Shown: positions 30,711 to 39,982, numbered from the stretch's first letter. The stretch is DNA of 63,074 nt from an uncultured virus (IMG/VR IMGVR_UViG_3300026493_000141) (IMGVR_UViG_3300026493_000141:62001-125074), one strand, 5' to 3'. The notes: generated by a model not told the origin, from the sequence alone. Numbers and translations are program-made.

Positions 30711-30998
30711 ATGGCAATTCAAACTAAAATTTTTGAAGTAGACCCAAAAGATGTAAAAGCATTACAGGATGCATTCAACGAAAAATCGGCTCTTATGGAG
30801 CTTATCAATAACAAGGTAATGCATGACGAAGTTATGGCTCGCTATTATGCTGCGCATAACAAATTTACAGAAACAAGTGAAGCTATTATTAATAAAGTAG
30901 CTCCTGAAATTGATATCGTTCTTGATGCTCCAGATTGGAACATGGATTTCAATGAAAAGAAAATCCATCTTACATGGAACAAGAAGAAAAAGAAATAA
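30711..30998 (+). CDS. Cxxx-repeat modification system accessory protein (putative paralog)
   Basis: V...D...LQ..F.EK.AL.EL...W.MDF....I pattern; own late promoter at 30675-30686. Confidence 0.6.
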   Translation: MAIQTKIFEVDPKDVKALQDAFNEKSALMELINNKVMHDEVMARYYAAHNKFTETSEAIINKVAPEIDIVLDAPDWNMDFNEKKIHLTWNKKKKK

Positions 30999-31090
30999 CA
31001 CATAATGAGTGTAGGCATAGAGCCTACACTCGTTTTATTTCAACATTTTATTAGCAATACCATTTTTACAACATGAGGAGGTGATTAAGG

Positions 31091-31639
31091 ATGATTCGTA
31101 AAAGTAACAAGTTCTTCAAGAGCAAAGCTGTGGTCATTCTTAGTTTTATTTTGTTTGGTAGTGCACTGTTACTCGGGATTGGAAGTTCCGTATATTTCAG
31201 TGAACTAAAAGATAGAACTGAGAATTTACAAACTTCATTTGAAGAGATCGATTTCCAAGCGCGCAGCGAGATGTATGACACATATCGTGTACCAGTCCCT
31301 GTTAAGTCTGGAGTTCTAGTTGCACATGCGGAAACAACCGATTATGATCTCATGTCGGCGAATGAAGTCGAATTTGCGATACTTGGATACGTAGATAATA
31401 TCCAGGAAACCACTCACAAGTTAGAATCGATGGTATTACTTATGCTGTCGTTCATATTATTATTATCTTTCCTTCTGATTTGTTCTTGCTTAATCTTGTT
31501 AAACAACAGACGTAAGAATCGCTTCGCTAAAAGGGGAGGTGATGTGAGTGGAAAAACTATTCACAATAGATATCCTTCTGATGATTTCAGTAAGCTTGTT
31601 AACATCATCCATAGTAAGCTTAAATCGGTACGCCACTGA
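31091..31639 (+). CDS. Two-TM membrane protein (possible lysis accessory)
   Basis: Two hydrophobic helices flanking a soluble domain; AGGAGGTG RBS. Confidence 0.55.
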   Translation: MIRKSNKFFKSKAVVILSFILFGSALLLGIGSSVYFSELKDRTENLQTSFEEIDFQARSEMYDTYRVPVPVKSGVLVAHAETTDYDLMSANEVEFAILGYVDNIQETTHKLESMVLLMLSFILLLSFLLICSCLILLNNRRKNRFAKRGGDVSGKTIHNRYPSDDFSKLVNIIHSKLKSVRH

Positions 31640-31973
31640 CTTAGAGTCTGAAGACCCAAAGGTCACCGTGTACTATATCTCGGAAGCGCTTATATCTACA
31701 CTTATCGGAGTTTTCTTAGGTATAATGCTTACCACTTTGATAGACGACATCAAAACATGCATTGTTGCCACTGGATTGGGCGCATATTTTGGTAGATATA
31801 CGTTAAACGTCGTCGCAAAGCTACTATTATTCAATCTCAAGAACTTTAGCATTCCACTGGATGAAGAAGAATTAAAACAAGAAAAGAAGCAATACGATGA
31901 AGAGAATGAGAATAAGCCTAAGAAACGTCAAGATAGGGAAGATAGTAATAAAAGTAATGGAGATAGAGACTAG
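31548..31973 (+). CDS. Putative holin
   Basis: GTG start with GGAGGTG RBS, three hydrophobic segments and a highly charged C-terminal tail. Confidence 0.55.
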   Translation: MEKLFTIDILLMISVSLLTSSIVSLNRYATDLESEDPKVTVYYISEALISTLIGVFLGIMLTTLIDDIKTCIVATGLGAYFGRYTLNVVAKLLLFNLKNFSIPLDEEELKQEKKQYDEENENKPKKRQDREDSNKSNGDRD

Positions 31974-32041
31974 TTCTCTATCTCTGTCTTTTTCGCCGTT
32001 CTCAACAGGTAATTAACTATACCCTAAAGGAGGGACTTATA

Positions 32042-35000
32042 ATGGCTGAAGAACAGTTAGACATTCACCTGATACTAAAGCATGTAGACCAAGTTGATAG
32101 ATATCAACCTGGTGAGATACTTCGAGATGGGAAAGGACATTTTTATACAGCTATCTCTGAAACTGAAGTAGTCAGTCAGACAAAAGTTATTTTAGAAAAC
32201 TTAGCACAATTCCTTACCAATGACCATCTGTTATCCCCTGACCAGCATACACCAGCTACCGAATCGGAAGCAGGTTTTATGAGTGCACAGGATAAACGAA
32301 CATTAGAGGATATTCGTCGATATGTACATCAATTACAGACTGAACCTCAGGCTGATGGTAAACTATTTAACCGTAACGTTCAAGATGGAATCTTGGGACG
32401 ATTACAGTACAGTATAACAAATGAGAATAAGTTACAAGTAAAACCTATCTCATTAATTCTAGACAGCATGTTATTTGATACAGCTGAAATGGAGCTTCCT
32501 TTACTTCCTCGTCCAGAACGTAGTTTTGAAAACGCAATGGGAGAAGAAGGAGTTCGATATGATTTAATATTCTTAGAAATCGGTTACAATCACGATGCTG
32601 TCACAAATACAGATAAAGCGACATATCGATTAGTAAATGTTGCTGATGTGAACTTTAAGCATTTCCCAAAAGGATTGGGAACTCGTATCACAAGTGATGG
32701 AATCTTTACATCATTCGTACCATACCAACAGTATGATTACGAACCATCATTAGATACACGATTCACTTACTTTGAAATCAAGGATGAGCATGATAACCCA
32801 ACGGGTGTATTTAAATGTGGAGATGGTTCTGAATTAGCCGAAGCTCGCTTACAGTCCTCTACAGGATTTAAGTATGCAATTCCATTATTCAAAGTAAAAA
32901 TGCTGAATGAAGAGGAGTTTTCTCCAAAGAATTTAAATGGTAAATTACACACTATAGTTGATGCGGAATTAGAGATATTACCTGTATACAACCGTGTATT
33001 TTTAAGCCACTTAAACCTAGAAGCGCTACTATATGAAGGTGTAGAACTACTATCTAACGATAGTTTGATTACATCGAAACACTCCGACGTAGTGGCAAGC
33101 TACTTTGGTGCTCCGCTATATCCTATCGAACCAACAACTGTTTTATATGTACCATTTAAAGATGATGATACAGATATTGTAACAGGAGGTCGATTAGAAA
33201 AGAAAGCTTCTTACAAGCGTTCTTTATTTGGGTATATGCTAGATCGTTCGTACCATGAAGGGTCTTATATGTATACACAAAACTTACGAACGTTTACATT
33301 AGATTTCATGCTAGATAAAGAGATTAATGATGATACATTAATCGTATTTACTGATACTTCGTTCAATCCGAAATTCTCTATTTCGATTTCTACGAATAAG
33401 TACGGTAAAAAGATGCTAGTATTAAATGATGTGACGAATCGTCGCACTGTTACGACTCGTGAATTGCCAGAGAAGAATGTGACCTTTGTTAAGATTACTC
33501 GTGATTACGATATCTTCAATATTACATTAAACTACGAAGGAAATACAACTTCTCGTTCTTATGAAATCGATACAACACAATTTGAAATGATGCAGATTGC
33601 TACGTTGAACTGTCCAATTGGTAATGTATGTTTACGACATGGTATCCATGAAGCATTCCCAATTGATGTATCAACATTTGATTTCGAAATGAATAATGGT
33701 CTGGTAGACCATCGTGTTATCGGAGGAAAAGTTCCATACTATAAGAGTGTGACACTTCAATCCGATATTGAACCATCTAACATTTCTTACCATCTACGTT
33801 CTGCTGATAGATGGATAGATAAAGATGTAATTACTATCTTGAAAAATGGAAATGAATCTATTATGGGTACCTATCCAGAACCAGAGATTATCATTACAGA
33901 TATCTTATCTTCTAATAAGGTAAAAGTATCTGGTGATTTATCTGATATTACAGAGAAAGATAGTATTAAGATTATACAAGGTATCGAGAATGTTCTTCCT
34001 GAGTACCGTGTCTTACATGTAGACGCTGATGATAATGAGTTAACGTTTGAAGTCCCAGCTGACCATACAATCGACCATTACATTGGATATGGTGTCTATA
34101 AGAATGATTTACCACCATTGGTGCGAATCAAACACGTGGAATCAGGAAAGATACTATCAGCTTCTATATTAGATTCTGTAGACCAATATAACATTCGTCT
34201 AAATCTAGAAGAAGATTTATATGGGGAGTTATTCCTTGAGTACATCTCTGTTATGGATGACCAAGTCGTATTCCCGAAACTAAACTCGGTTGTATACTTG
34301 AACTCAGATAATGTGAAGATGGAAGAGTTAAAAGATTCTATCCTGTTGTCTAACTTAGACCGATTCACATTCCGTCATGAAGATACAGTATATCAACCAA
34401 AAGGTAAGGATTTGAATGACTTACGTTTAGCATTCACATCTAAACAAGATGAAGATATTACAAGTATCGTAGAAGTTGATTTACATCGTTTTATCTTCGA
34501 TACACATAGCTTTACAAGAGAAGATTTACTACGTTCCTTAGATTCGATTACATTACATCTACGATTTGCTACGAATGGTAGAGCATATGCTGAAATCGGA
34601 GGATACAAAGAAGAGGTCTTTAGTAGAGACTTTGATACAGTAGAAATTTCTTTAACTGATTTAGATAGCGTAATTAAAGATGGTAAGTTAAAGATTAAGT
34701 TAGAAAGCTTGAGTGCGACTAACTCTCAAACGTACATCATTATGGGAGTACCTCATATCTACTTACACTTCAATACAGAGGGTGAGCGTTCATTCGCTGA
34801 ACTATATTCTGAATCAGGTAATTTAGGCTTAATGAAACATTTCCGTATCACACCTAATAGTATTGAGAATATGTTACAGACAGAAGTCTCTTCAGTTATG
34901 TTTGTGTATACACAATCACCTGACCAAAGTATGACAAAGTCTTCAACGTATAAGATTCTCACATTACCATACGTGGTAGGGAAGAATACATTCTATTTAG

Positions 35001-35101
35001 TATCTGTAGGAAACGAGTTGAAACTCGCTCGTAAATCAGAACAGAATGAAATGTACATCTACAATCTACCTGATAATCCAATGATGAAAGGAGATGAATA
35101 A
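32042..35101 (+). CDS. Large tail fibre/baseplate protein (1019 aa)
   Basis: ATESEAGFMSAQDK fibre motif and a LamG-like middle region; late promoter at 32004-32015. Confidence 0.55.
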   Translation: MAEEQLDIHLILKHVDQVDRYQPGEILRDGKGHFYTAISETEVVSQTKVILENLAQFLTNDHLLSPDQHTPATESEAGFMSAQDKRTLEDIRRYVHQLQTEPQADGKLFNRNVQDGILGRLQYSITNENKLQVKPISLILDSMLFDTAEMELPLLPRPERSFENAMGEEGVRYDLIFLEIGYNHDAVTNTDKATYRLVNVADVNFKHFPKGLGTRITSDGIFTSFVPYQQYDYEPSLDTRFTYFEIKDEHDNPTGVFKCGDGSELAEARLQSSTGFKYAIPLFKVKMLNEEEFSPKNLNGKLHTIVDAELEILPVYNRVFLSHLNLEALLYEGVELLSNDSLITSKHSDVVASYFGAPLYPIEPTTVLYVPFKDDDTDIVTGGRLEKKASYKRSLFGYMLDRSYHEGSYMYTQNLRTFTLDFMLDKEINDDTLIVFTDTSFNPKFSISISTNKYGKKMLVLNDVTNRRTVTTRELPEKNVTFVKITRDYDIFNITLNYEGNTTSRSYEIDTTQFEMMQIATLNCPIGNVCLRHGIHEAFPIDVSTFDFEMNNGLVDHRVIGGKVPYYKSVTLQSDIEPSNISYHLRSADRWIDKDVITILKNGNESIMGTYPEPEIIITDILSSNKVKVSGDLSDITEKDSIKIIQGIENVLPEYRVLHVDADDNELTFEVPADHTIDHYIGYGVYKNDLPPLVRIKHVESGKILSASILDSVDQYNIRLNLEEDLYGELFLEYISVMDDQVVFPKLNSVVYLNSDNVKMEELKDSILLSNLDRFTFRHEDTVYQPKGKDLNDLRLAFTSKQDEDITSIVEVDLHRFIFDTHSFTREDLLRSLDSITLHLRFATNGRAYAEIGGYKEEVFSRDFDTVEISLTDLDSVIKDGKLKIKLESLSATNSQTYIIMGVPHIYLHFNTEGERSFAELYSESGNLGLMKHFRITPNSIENMLQTEVSSVMFVYTQSPDQSMTKSSTYKILTLPYVVGKNTFYLVSVGNELKLARKSEQNEMYIYNLPDNPMMKGDE

Positions 35102-35909
35102 GATGGCAGATATATACTATGACATTACAACTAATAAGGTGGTCGGACTTAATCTAAAGACTCGTTCATCAGATATTGATATGATTCGAGTGAATGATGA
35201 GTTACTACCGAATATCTCAAAGATTGTAACAAAAAAAGGACAGTATGTGCATAAACGTGATTCTAAAGGTAAGCCATTATATATTCGTGAGAATATAGAC
35301 CCTAAGACTGGAAAGTTGATTGGGTCGGATATCATGGACAAACCTTATATGTATAACATTGTATCTCGTGCTCATATGAATCCAAAACTAACTTACATTC
35401 AAGCAGATATGGATACTATCAATGATATTGTCTATGAAGTAACAGACAAAGAAAAGATAGAGTACAGCCCATATATTGCAAAAGAAGATAAAGATGAGAT
35501 TGTGAATATTGTAGAAGAACCTACATATTTTACAATCGATGAGATTCTATATCAGAAGTATCGTGATACGATTAATACAAGTAACTTAACGTATATCTTG
35601 GCTTTCCATTCCGCTACGGATACCGCTGATATCTCATTATTAGATAGTGAGTTTATGATGGTAAACGCAAAAGGAGTTGTATTACAGCCTGATGATTATA
35701 TTGAGTTACGTGTACCATTGGTACAACCTACGAATAAGTTTAGATTACTTGAGCTAAGTAATAATAACCTGAAGGTATATCTGGAAGGTAACTTACTAAC
35801 AGATTCATCTATTGAATTTACAGGTAATCTGGATAAACTAATCGTTACAGTTAAAAATGAAACGGATCATGTACAAGTACTGCAAAGTATTGCACTTGGT
35901 CATAACTAG
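35094..35909 (+). CDS. Tail-module hypothetical protein
   Basis: Coupled to the upstream gene. Confidence 0.65.
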   Translation: MNKMADIYYDITTNKVVGLNLKTRSSDIDMIRVNDELLPNISKIVTKKGQYVHKRDSKGKPLYIRENIDPKTGKLIGSDIMDKPYMYNIVSRAHMNPKLTYIQADMDTINDIVYEVTDKEKIEYSPYIAKEDKDEIVNIVEEPTYFTIDEILYQKYRDTINTSNLTYILAFHSATDTADISLLDSEFMMVNAKGVVLQPDDYIELRVPLVQPTNKFRLLELSNNNLKVYLEGNLLTDSSIEFTGNLDKLIVTVKNETDHVQVLQSIALGHN

Positions 35910-35920
35910 GAGGAATTGAT

Positions 35921-36091
35921 ATGTTATATATCAAACGAGATGCGCCAAAGTTAGATAAGGCTATCAAAGAACGTGAAGCTCTTTCGTCTAATGATTCTGA
36001 ATTGCATAAAGCTGTACAGGATTTAACAACGAAAGTGGATGCGGTCGATACAATGGTTAAAACAATTGTATTTACGGGGGATGATCAATAA
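35921..36091 (+). CDS. Small coiled-coil protein (56 aa)
   Basis: MLYIKRDAPKLDKAIKERE...FTGDDQ*; AGGAGG RBS; absent from the ORF track. Confidence 0.7.
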   Translation: MLYIKRDAPKLDKAIKEREALSSNDSELHKAVQDLTTKVDAVDTMVKTIVFTGDDQ

Positions 36092-36270
36092 TGTATGAAT
36101 GGTTAGCAAACTGTATCATTGATGGATATGATGGGCTGGGTAACCAGCTCTCATACTCTAGAGCTATTGAGTCAGCTGTTAAGAAGTTTAAGCTAGACGA
36201 AGAAGTGGTAAAGGCAAAAGTTAATCAGATTTTGTTACTAAAAGGTAGAGAAGATTTAATAGGTCAATAG
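36091..36270 (+). CDS. Small protein (59 aa), CD1375/XkdX-like tail chaperone
   Basis: MYEWLANCIIDG...VNQILLLKGREDLIGQ*; TAATG overlap; LA..II.G...V..IL...GREDL pattern. Confidence 0.55.
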   Translation: MYEWLANCIIDGYDGLGNQLSYSRAIESAVKKFKLDEEVVKAKVNQILLLKGREDLIGQ

Positions 36271-36296
36271 ATTTTTATTACCCTTAACATATTAGT

Positions 36297-36394
36297 AACT
36301 ATAAAAAATACACAAAGTTATTAACTCCGTATAGACTAAGCCGCCCTAACTGGCAAAAGGGTTGATGAGTAGGATAATCTCCTACTCATCTTTT
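36297..36394 (+). ncRNA. Putative small RNA 1
   Basis: AACA-N6-TA at 36286-36297; AGACTAAGC at 36333; terminator GATGAGTAGGA/TCCTACTCATC-TTTT at 36364-36394; no RBS-led ORF. Confidence 0.55.
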
Positions 36395-36413
36395 ACATTT
36401 GTAACATAATATT

Positions 36414-36598
36414 AGACCTGCAAAGCCGATAGGCAAGTATAGGTTTAGAGTAAAGCTAATGGCTTATTTTCCTTTGATGAAGACTACGTTTCTGTGATTT
36501 TTTAACTGGCATTTTTGTTAGTCCAACAAAACTATTTCCTTTAAAAAGCGTAGATTATGCATGAGATGACCCCGTTGGTCATCTCTCATTATTTTTTA
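36414..36598 (+). ncRNA. Putative small RNA 2
   Basis: AACA-N6-TA at 36403-36414; motifs at 36481 and 36552; terminator hairpin at 36561-36598. Confidence 0.55.
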
Positions 36599-36619
36599 AT
36601 ATTATAGTAACATACATAT

Positions 36620-36720
36620 AAGAAAGCCTATAGATTTTATCTCTTTACAGAAAGAAGAGACTATGCACATTCACCTTAACAGGAGTAGAACCGTAATTGG
36701 TTCTACTCTAATTATTTTTT
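36620..36720 (+). ncRNA. Putative small RNA 3
   Basis: AACA-N6-TA at 36609-36620; motif at 36658; hairpin GAGTAGAACC/GGTTCTACTC at 36683-36708 followed by a T-run. Confidence 0.55.
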
Positions 36721-36742
36721 ACACATTACATAACAGAATAAT

Positions 36743-37461
36743 AGACGTGGAATAAAAACTAGACTATGCTTAGAAACGCCAGTTTCTACTAAAAACTATA
36801 GCTTATCTTTTACCCAAAAGTAGAGCGCAAAACAATTCCAAATGTTATTCCACGCTCGTCGTATTAGACTACGCAGATTTATGAAAGTCTATATTTTATA
36901 ATATTATTCTGCCCAGAATAATATGTATCACAAGTCCATAAGTACACACCAGACTATGCACTGTCACCGTTTTACGGGAGACGACCAAATTATCGATTTT
37001 AACTGTCGTTGTACTTATAGGGCTAGACTATGCTAATCAAAATAAAAAAGATATGTTGTTATCTTTATTTTGATCACTGGTTCAGAGGGCTTACACTAAC
37101 TACTAATCGTATATTGTATTCTTCAACCCTCTGTAACCTTATTAACTATTAGAGTATATGAATACATTACAATCTTATATGTTTTAATTAACATATACTC
37201 TAATCATATATCTTATACATAGGGGATAAAAAATAACACTAATCTCTAGTCGTTATACCTATTTTATCATCCCTATGGTCAGTTCTCTGGTACCATTATA
37301 ACAAAAAAAATATAATCAAGTATATTCTAACTTATATTTTATTCTCAGTCATCGAGTTAAGACTACGCAATCAACTTACACAATAAGTTACTCGATGCTC
37401 ACCGATCCAGAGAACATTAGACTATGCAACCGACCATACCTTAATTGGTATGGTCATTTTT
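36743..37461 (+). ncRNA. Putative large structured RNA 4 (~720 nt)
   Basis: AACA-N6-TA at 36732-36743; six motifs; at least eight inverted-repeat stems; terminator GACCATACC/GGTATGGTC-ATTTTT at 37432-37461. Confidence 0.6.
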
Positions 37462-37487
37462 ACCGCCATTTTTACTAACATATAATT

Positions 37488-37611
37488 AACCCATTAGTGG
37501 TCATGATTGTTTCTCTAGTTTAATGTAGCATATACAATTTTATTCCTTTAAACTTATTGGTTTAGATTATGCTAGAAGAGTAAGGGCTTAGTCCCTTACT
37601 CTACTTATTTT
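37488..37611 (+). ncRNA. Putative small RNA 5
   Basis: AACA-N6-TA at 37477-37488; AGATTATGC at 37564; hairpin AGAGTAAGGG/CCCTTACTCT at 37577-37602. Confidence 0.55.
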
Positions 37612-37615
37612 GACA

Positions 37616-37660
37616 AAAAAAAAATAAAGGTAGATACCGTAATGGTATCTACCTCTTTTT
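37616..37660 (-). terminator. Intrinsic terminator of ppk
   Basis: AGGTAGATACC/GGTATCTACCT hairpin with an A-run on the left. Confidence 0.75.
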
Positions 37661-39857
37661 ATTCCGCATGTGACGCAAATAAGCGATTCACATTCTTTAC
37701 TTTATTATACTTGATTGCAGACTTACAGAAGTATGTCTGAGTTGCTTCTGATTCATATCCAGGCTTCTTATATTTCTTACCTTTCAGCTCATATGCATGA
37801 GTATCTGTAATATGACGTGTAAGGATATCTGTAATTCTATCTTTAATTGTAGGGTCAAGTACAGGCATTGCAATCTCAAAGCGTTTATCTAAATTGCGCT
37901 CCATTAAATCAGCTGATGCAATATATATTTCAGGTTTCCCATCATTATGAAAATGATATACTCGACTATGCTCTAAGAATCTGCCTACGTTACTAACTAC
38001 GGTAATATTCTCACTTAATCCTTCTATACCTGTAACTAAACAACATGCTCCGCGAACAATCATCGTACAATGAACACCGTTAACAGAAGCTTCATATAGT
38101 TTATCAATGATTGTTTTATCTGTTAAGCTATTTACTTTAAATGTAAGCATTGCAGATTTACCTTTACGAGCATTCTCAATTTCTCTATCAATAAGTTCCA
38201 TGAACTTACTTCTTAGATTATAAGGTGCCGCTACGATACGTCTTAGTTTCGGTTCACTGAATCCAGTTAATGTATTAAATAGATTAAATACATCTTTACA
38301 AATAGCTGGATGTGCTGTGAATACTGACATATCTGTATAGATGTTAGATGTCACATCATTATAGTTCCCTGTACCAATGTGAACGTAGTTCTTTAAGTTT
38401 CCTTTACGAGTACGCTTTGTAATCAATGTCATCTTACAGTGTGTCTTTAAGTTATCTACCCCATAGATAACATGACCGCCAGCCCGTTCTAACTTAGAAG
38501 CCCATTCTAGATTACGCTTCTCATCAAAACGTGCTTTAATCTCTAATAGGACTACGACTTGCTTTCCATTCTCTGCTGCTCGAATTAGACTATCCATGAT
38601 TGGCGAATTGCTACTTAGACGATATAACGTTTGTCTGATAGCTAGTACATCTGGATTGTCCGCAGCCTCTTTCACGAAGTCTACTACCGCGTCAAAGGAC
38701 TCATATGGGTGATGTAGGAATACGTCATTCTTATCAATCACATCTAGGATGTTATGAGTTCCCACTAAATCCTTTCCTACTTGCGGAGTAAACTTCTTGT
38801 ATAATAACTCAGACTTCTCTTCATCGGATAATGTTATATTTAACCCGAATCCCATAGATAAGTCTACAATCTCTTTCATTTCGATTACATGTTTCTTATC
38901 TACTTTTAATGCATTCTGTAAGATACGAGTCATTTCTTTACTTGCTTTCGTAATCTCTAATGCAACAACGTCACCTTTCTCACGTTTCTTCAATGATTCT
39001 TTCATACGGTCTGCTAAGAACGTATGAGTATTATTTTCAACTTCATCATCGAAGTTACGTAGTGCACGATAGAAACAATGTTCTGTAATCTTGCGACTAA
39101 TAAAGATTTTATCTAAATTCATTAAGATTAAGTCTTCTAGTAAAATGAAGTGGCGTTCCCCTTTAGGAACATCTTTAGATTCAATCTCAATCACTCTATC
39201 AATATTCGGTACTTGAATAGTACCAAACATATCAACATTTGGATTACGAGGGTCTTCTAATAATACTCCGATATTCATTACCTTACTTTGAATTAATGGG
39301 AATGGGCGACTGTTATCAAACACAATCGGTACAATCAATCCTTGCACTTTATCCTCGAAGTAATTATCTAACCAACGCTTTCTTTTATTTGATGGTGCCA
39401 TTATTGCTTTAGAAGGACGATATAGTTTATATCCTTTCTCTTCTAATTCCTTACGAATATTACATATTGTCTTTTGTTGACGATGGATGAAACTATTTAA
39501 TTTCTTAAATAAAATCTTATACTCTTGAACCGGTGTCATACCATTAATATTACGAGAAGTTTCTTTCTCTAGAACCTTCTTAATCAATGCACCCATTCGT
39601 ACCATAATAAACTCATCTAGATTACTAGCTGTAATAGATAAGAACTTCATTCTCTCTAATAATGGAGTATCTTTATCCTTTGCTAAATCTAAGATACGTT
39701 CATTAAACGCCATCCAACTTAAATCTCTTGCTTCATATTTATCTTTAGCTGGTACTGCTTTTTCTTTCTTTTCCGGTTGGCTTATTACCGCTGGTAATAG
39801 ATTTGAACTTCCTACCATCTCTGCATTTGTTGTTACTTTAGTTTCTAATTCGCCCAT
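37659..39857 (-). CDS. ppk1: Polyphosphate kinase 1
   Basis: RDLSWMAFNERIL, SNLDEFIMVR, LHHPYESF, ARFDE, KTHCK, GTGNYN, GRFLEHSR, SADLMERNLDKRFE. Confidence 0.96.
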   Translation of the reverse strand: MGELETKVTTNAEMVGSSNLLPAVISQPEKKEKAVPAKDKYEARDLSWMAFNERILDLAKDKDTPLLERMKFLSITASNLDEFIMVRMGALIKKVLEKETSRNINGMTPVQEYKILFKKLNSFIHRQQKTICNIRKELEEKGYKLYRPSKAIMAPSNKRKRWLDNYFEDKVQGLIVPIVFDNSRPFPLIQSKVMNIGVLLEDPRNPNVDMFGTIQVPNIDRVIEIESKDVPKGERHFILLEDLILMNLDKIFISRKITEHCFYRALRNFDDEVENNTHTFLADRMKESLKKREKGDVVALEITKASKEMTRILQNALKVDKKHVIEMKEIVDLSMGFGLNITLSDEEKSELLYKKFTPQVGKDLVGTHNILDVIDKNDVFLHHPYESFDAVVDFVKEAADNPDVLAIRQTLYRLSSNSPIMDSLIRAAENGKQVVVLLEIKARFDEKRNLEWASKLERAGGHVIYGVDNLKTHCKMTLITKRTRKGNLKNYVHIGTGNYNDVTSNIYTDMSVFTAHPAICKDVFNLFNTLTGFSEPKLRRIVAAPYNLRSKFMELIDREIENARKGKSAMLTFKVNSLTDKTIIDKLYEASVNGVHCTMIVRGACCLVTGIEGLSENITVVSNVGRFLEHSRVYHFHNDGKPEIYIASADLMERNLDKRFEIAMPVLDPTIKDRITDILTRHITDTHAYELKGKKYKKPGYESEATQTYFCKSAIKYNKVKNVNRLFASHAE

Positions 39858-39982
39858 TTTTAAGGACCTCCTGATGTTTACTTTGTATTTTTTTATTTTG
39901 ATGTTTCATGTATATAATATATGCTTAAATGGCACTTCAGAATTCAACATAATTATAACCACAAAGAAAGGAGTTGGTAATT

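Larger units (their letters stand above)
36333..37572 (+). repeat. Dispersed 9-nt direct repeat AGA(C/T)TA(T/C)GC, 11 copies
   Basis: AGACTATGC at 36658, 36761, 36951, 37025, 37419; AGACTACGC at 36866, 37360; AGATTATGC at 36552, 37564; AGACTAAGC at 36333; AGACTACGT at 36481. All on the plus strand. Confidence 0.92.

Noticed and set aside
36333..37572. CRISPR array interpretation of the 9-mer repeat
   Set aside because: The repeat is only 9 nt, spacing is irregular (59-335 nt), promoters and terminators interrupt it, and there is no cas operon.
36280..37620. tRNA or tmRNA cluster
   Set aside because: I found no cloverleaf with a GTTCRA T-loop and CCA end, and no tag reading frame; a tRNAscan/Aragorn run would confirm.
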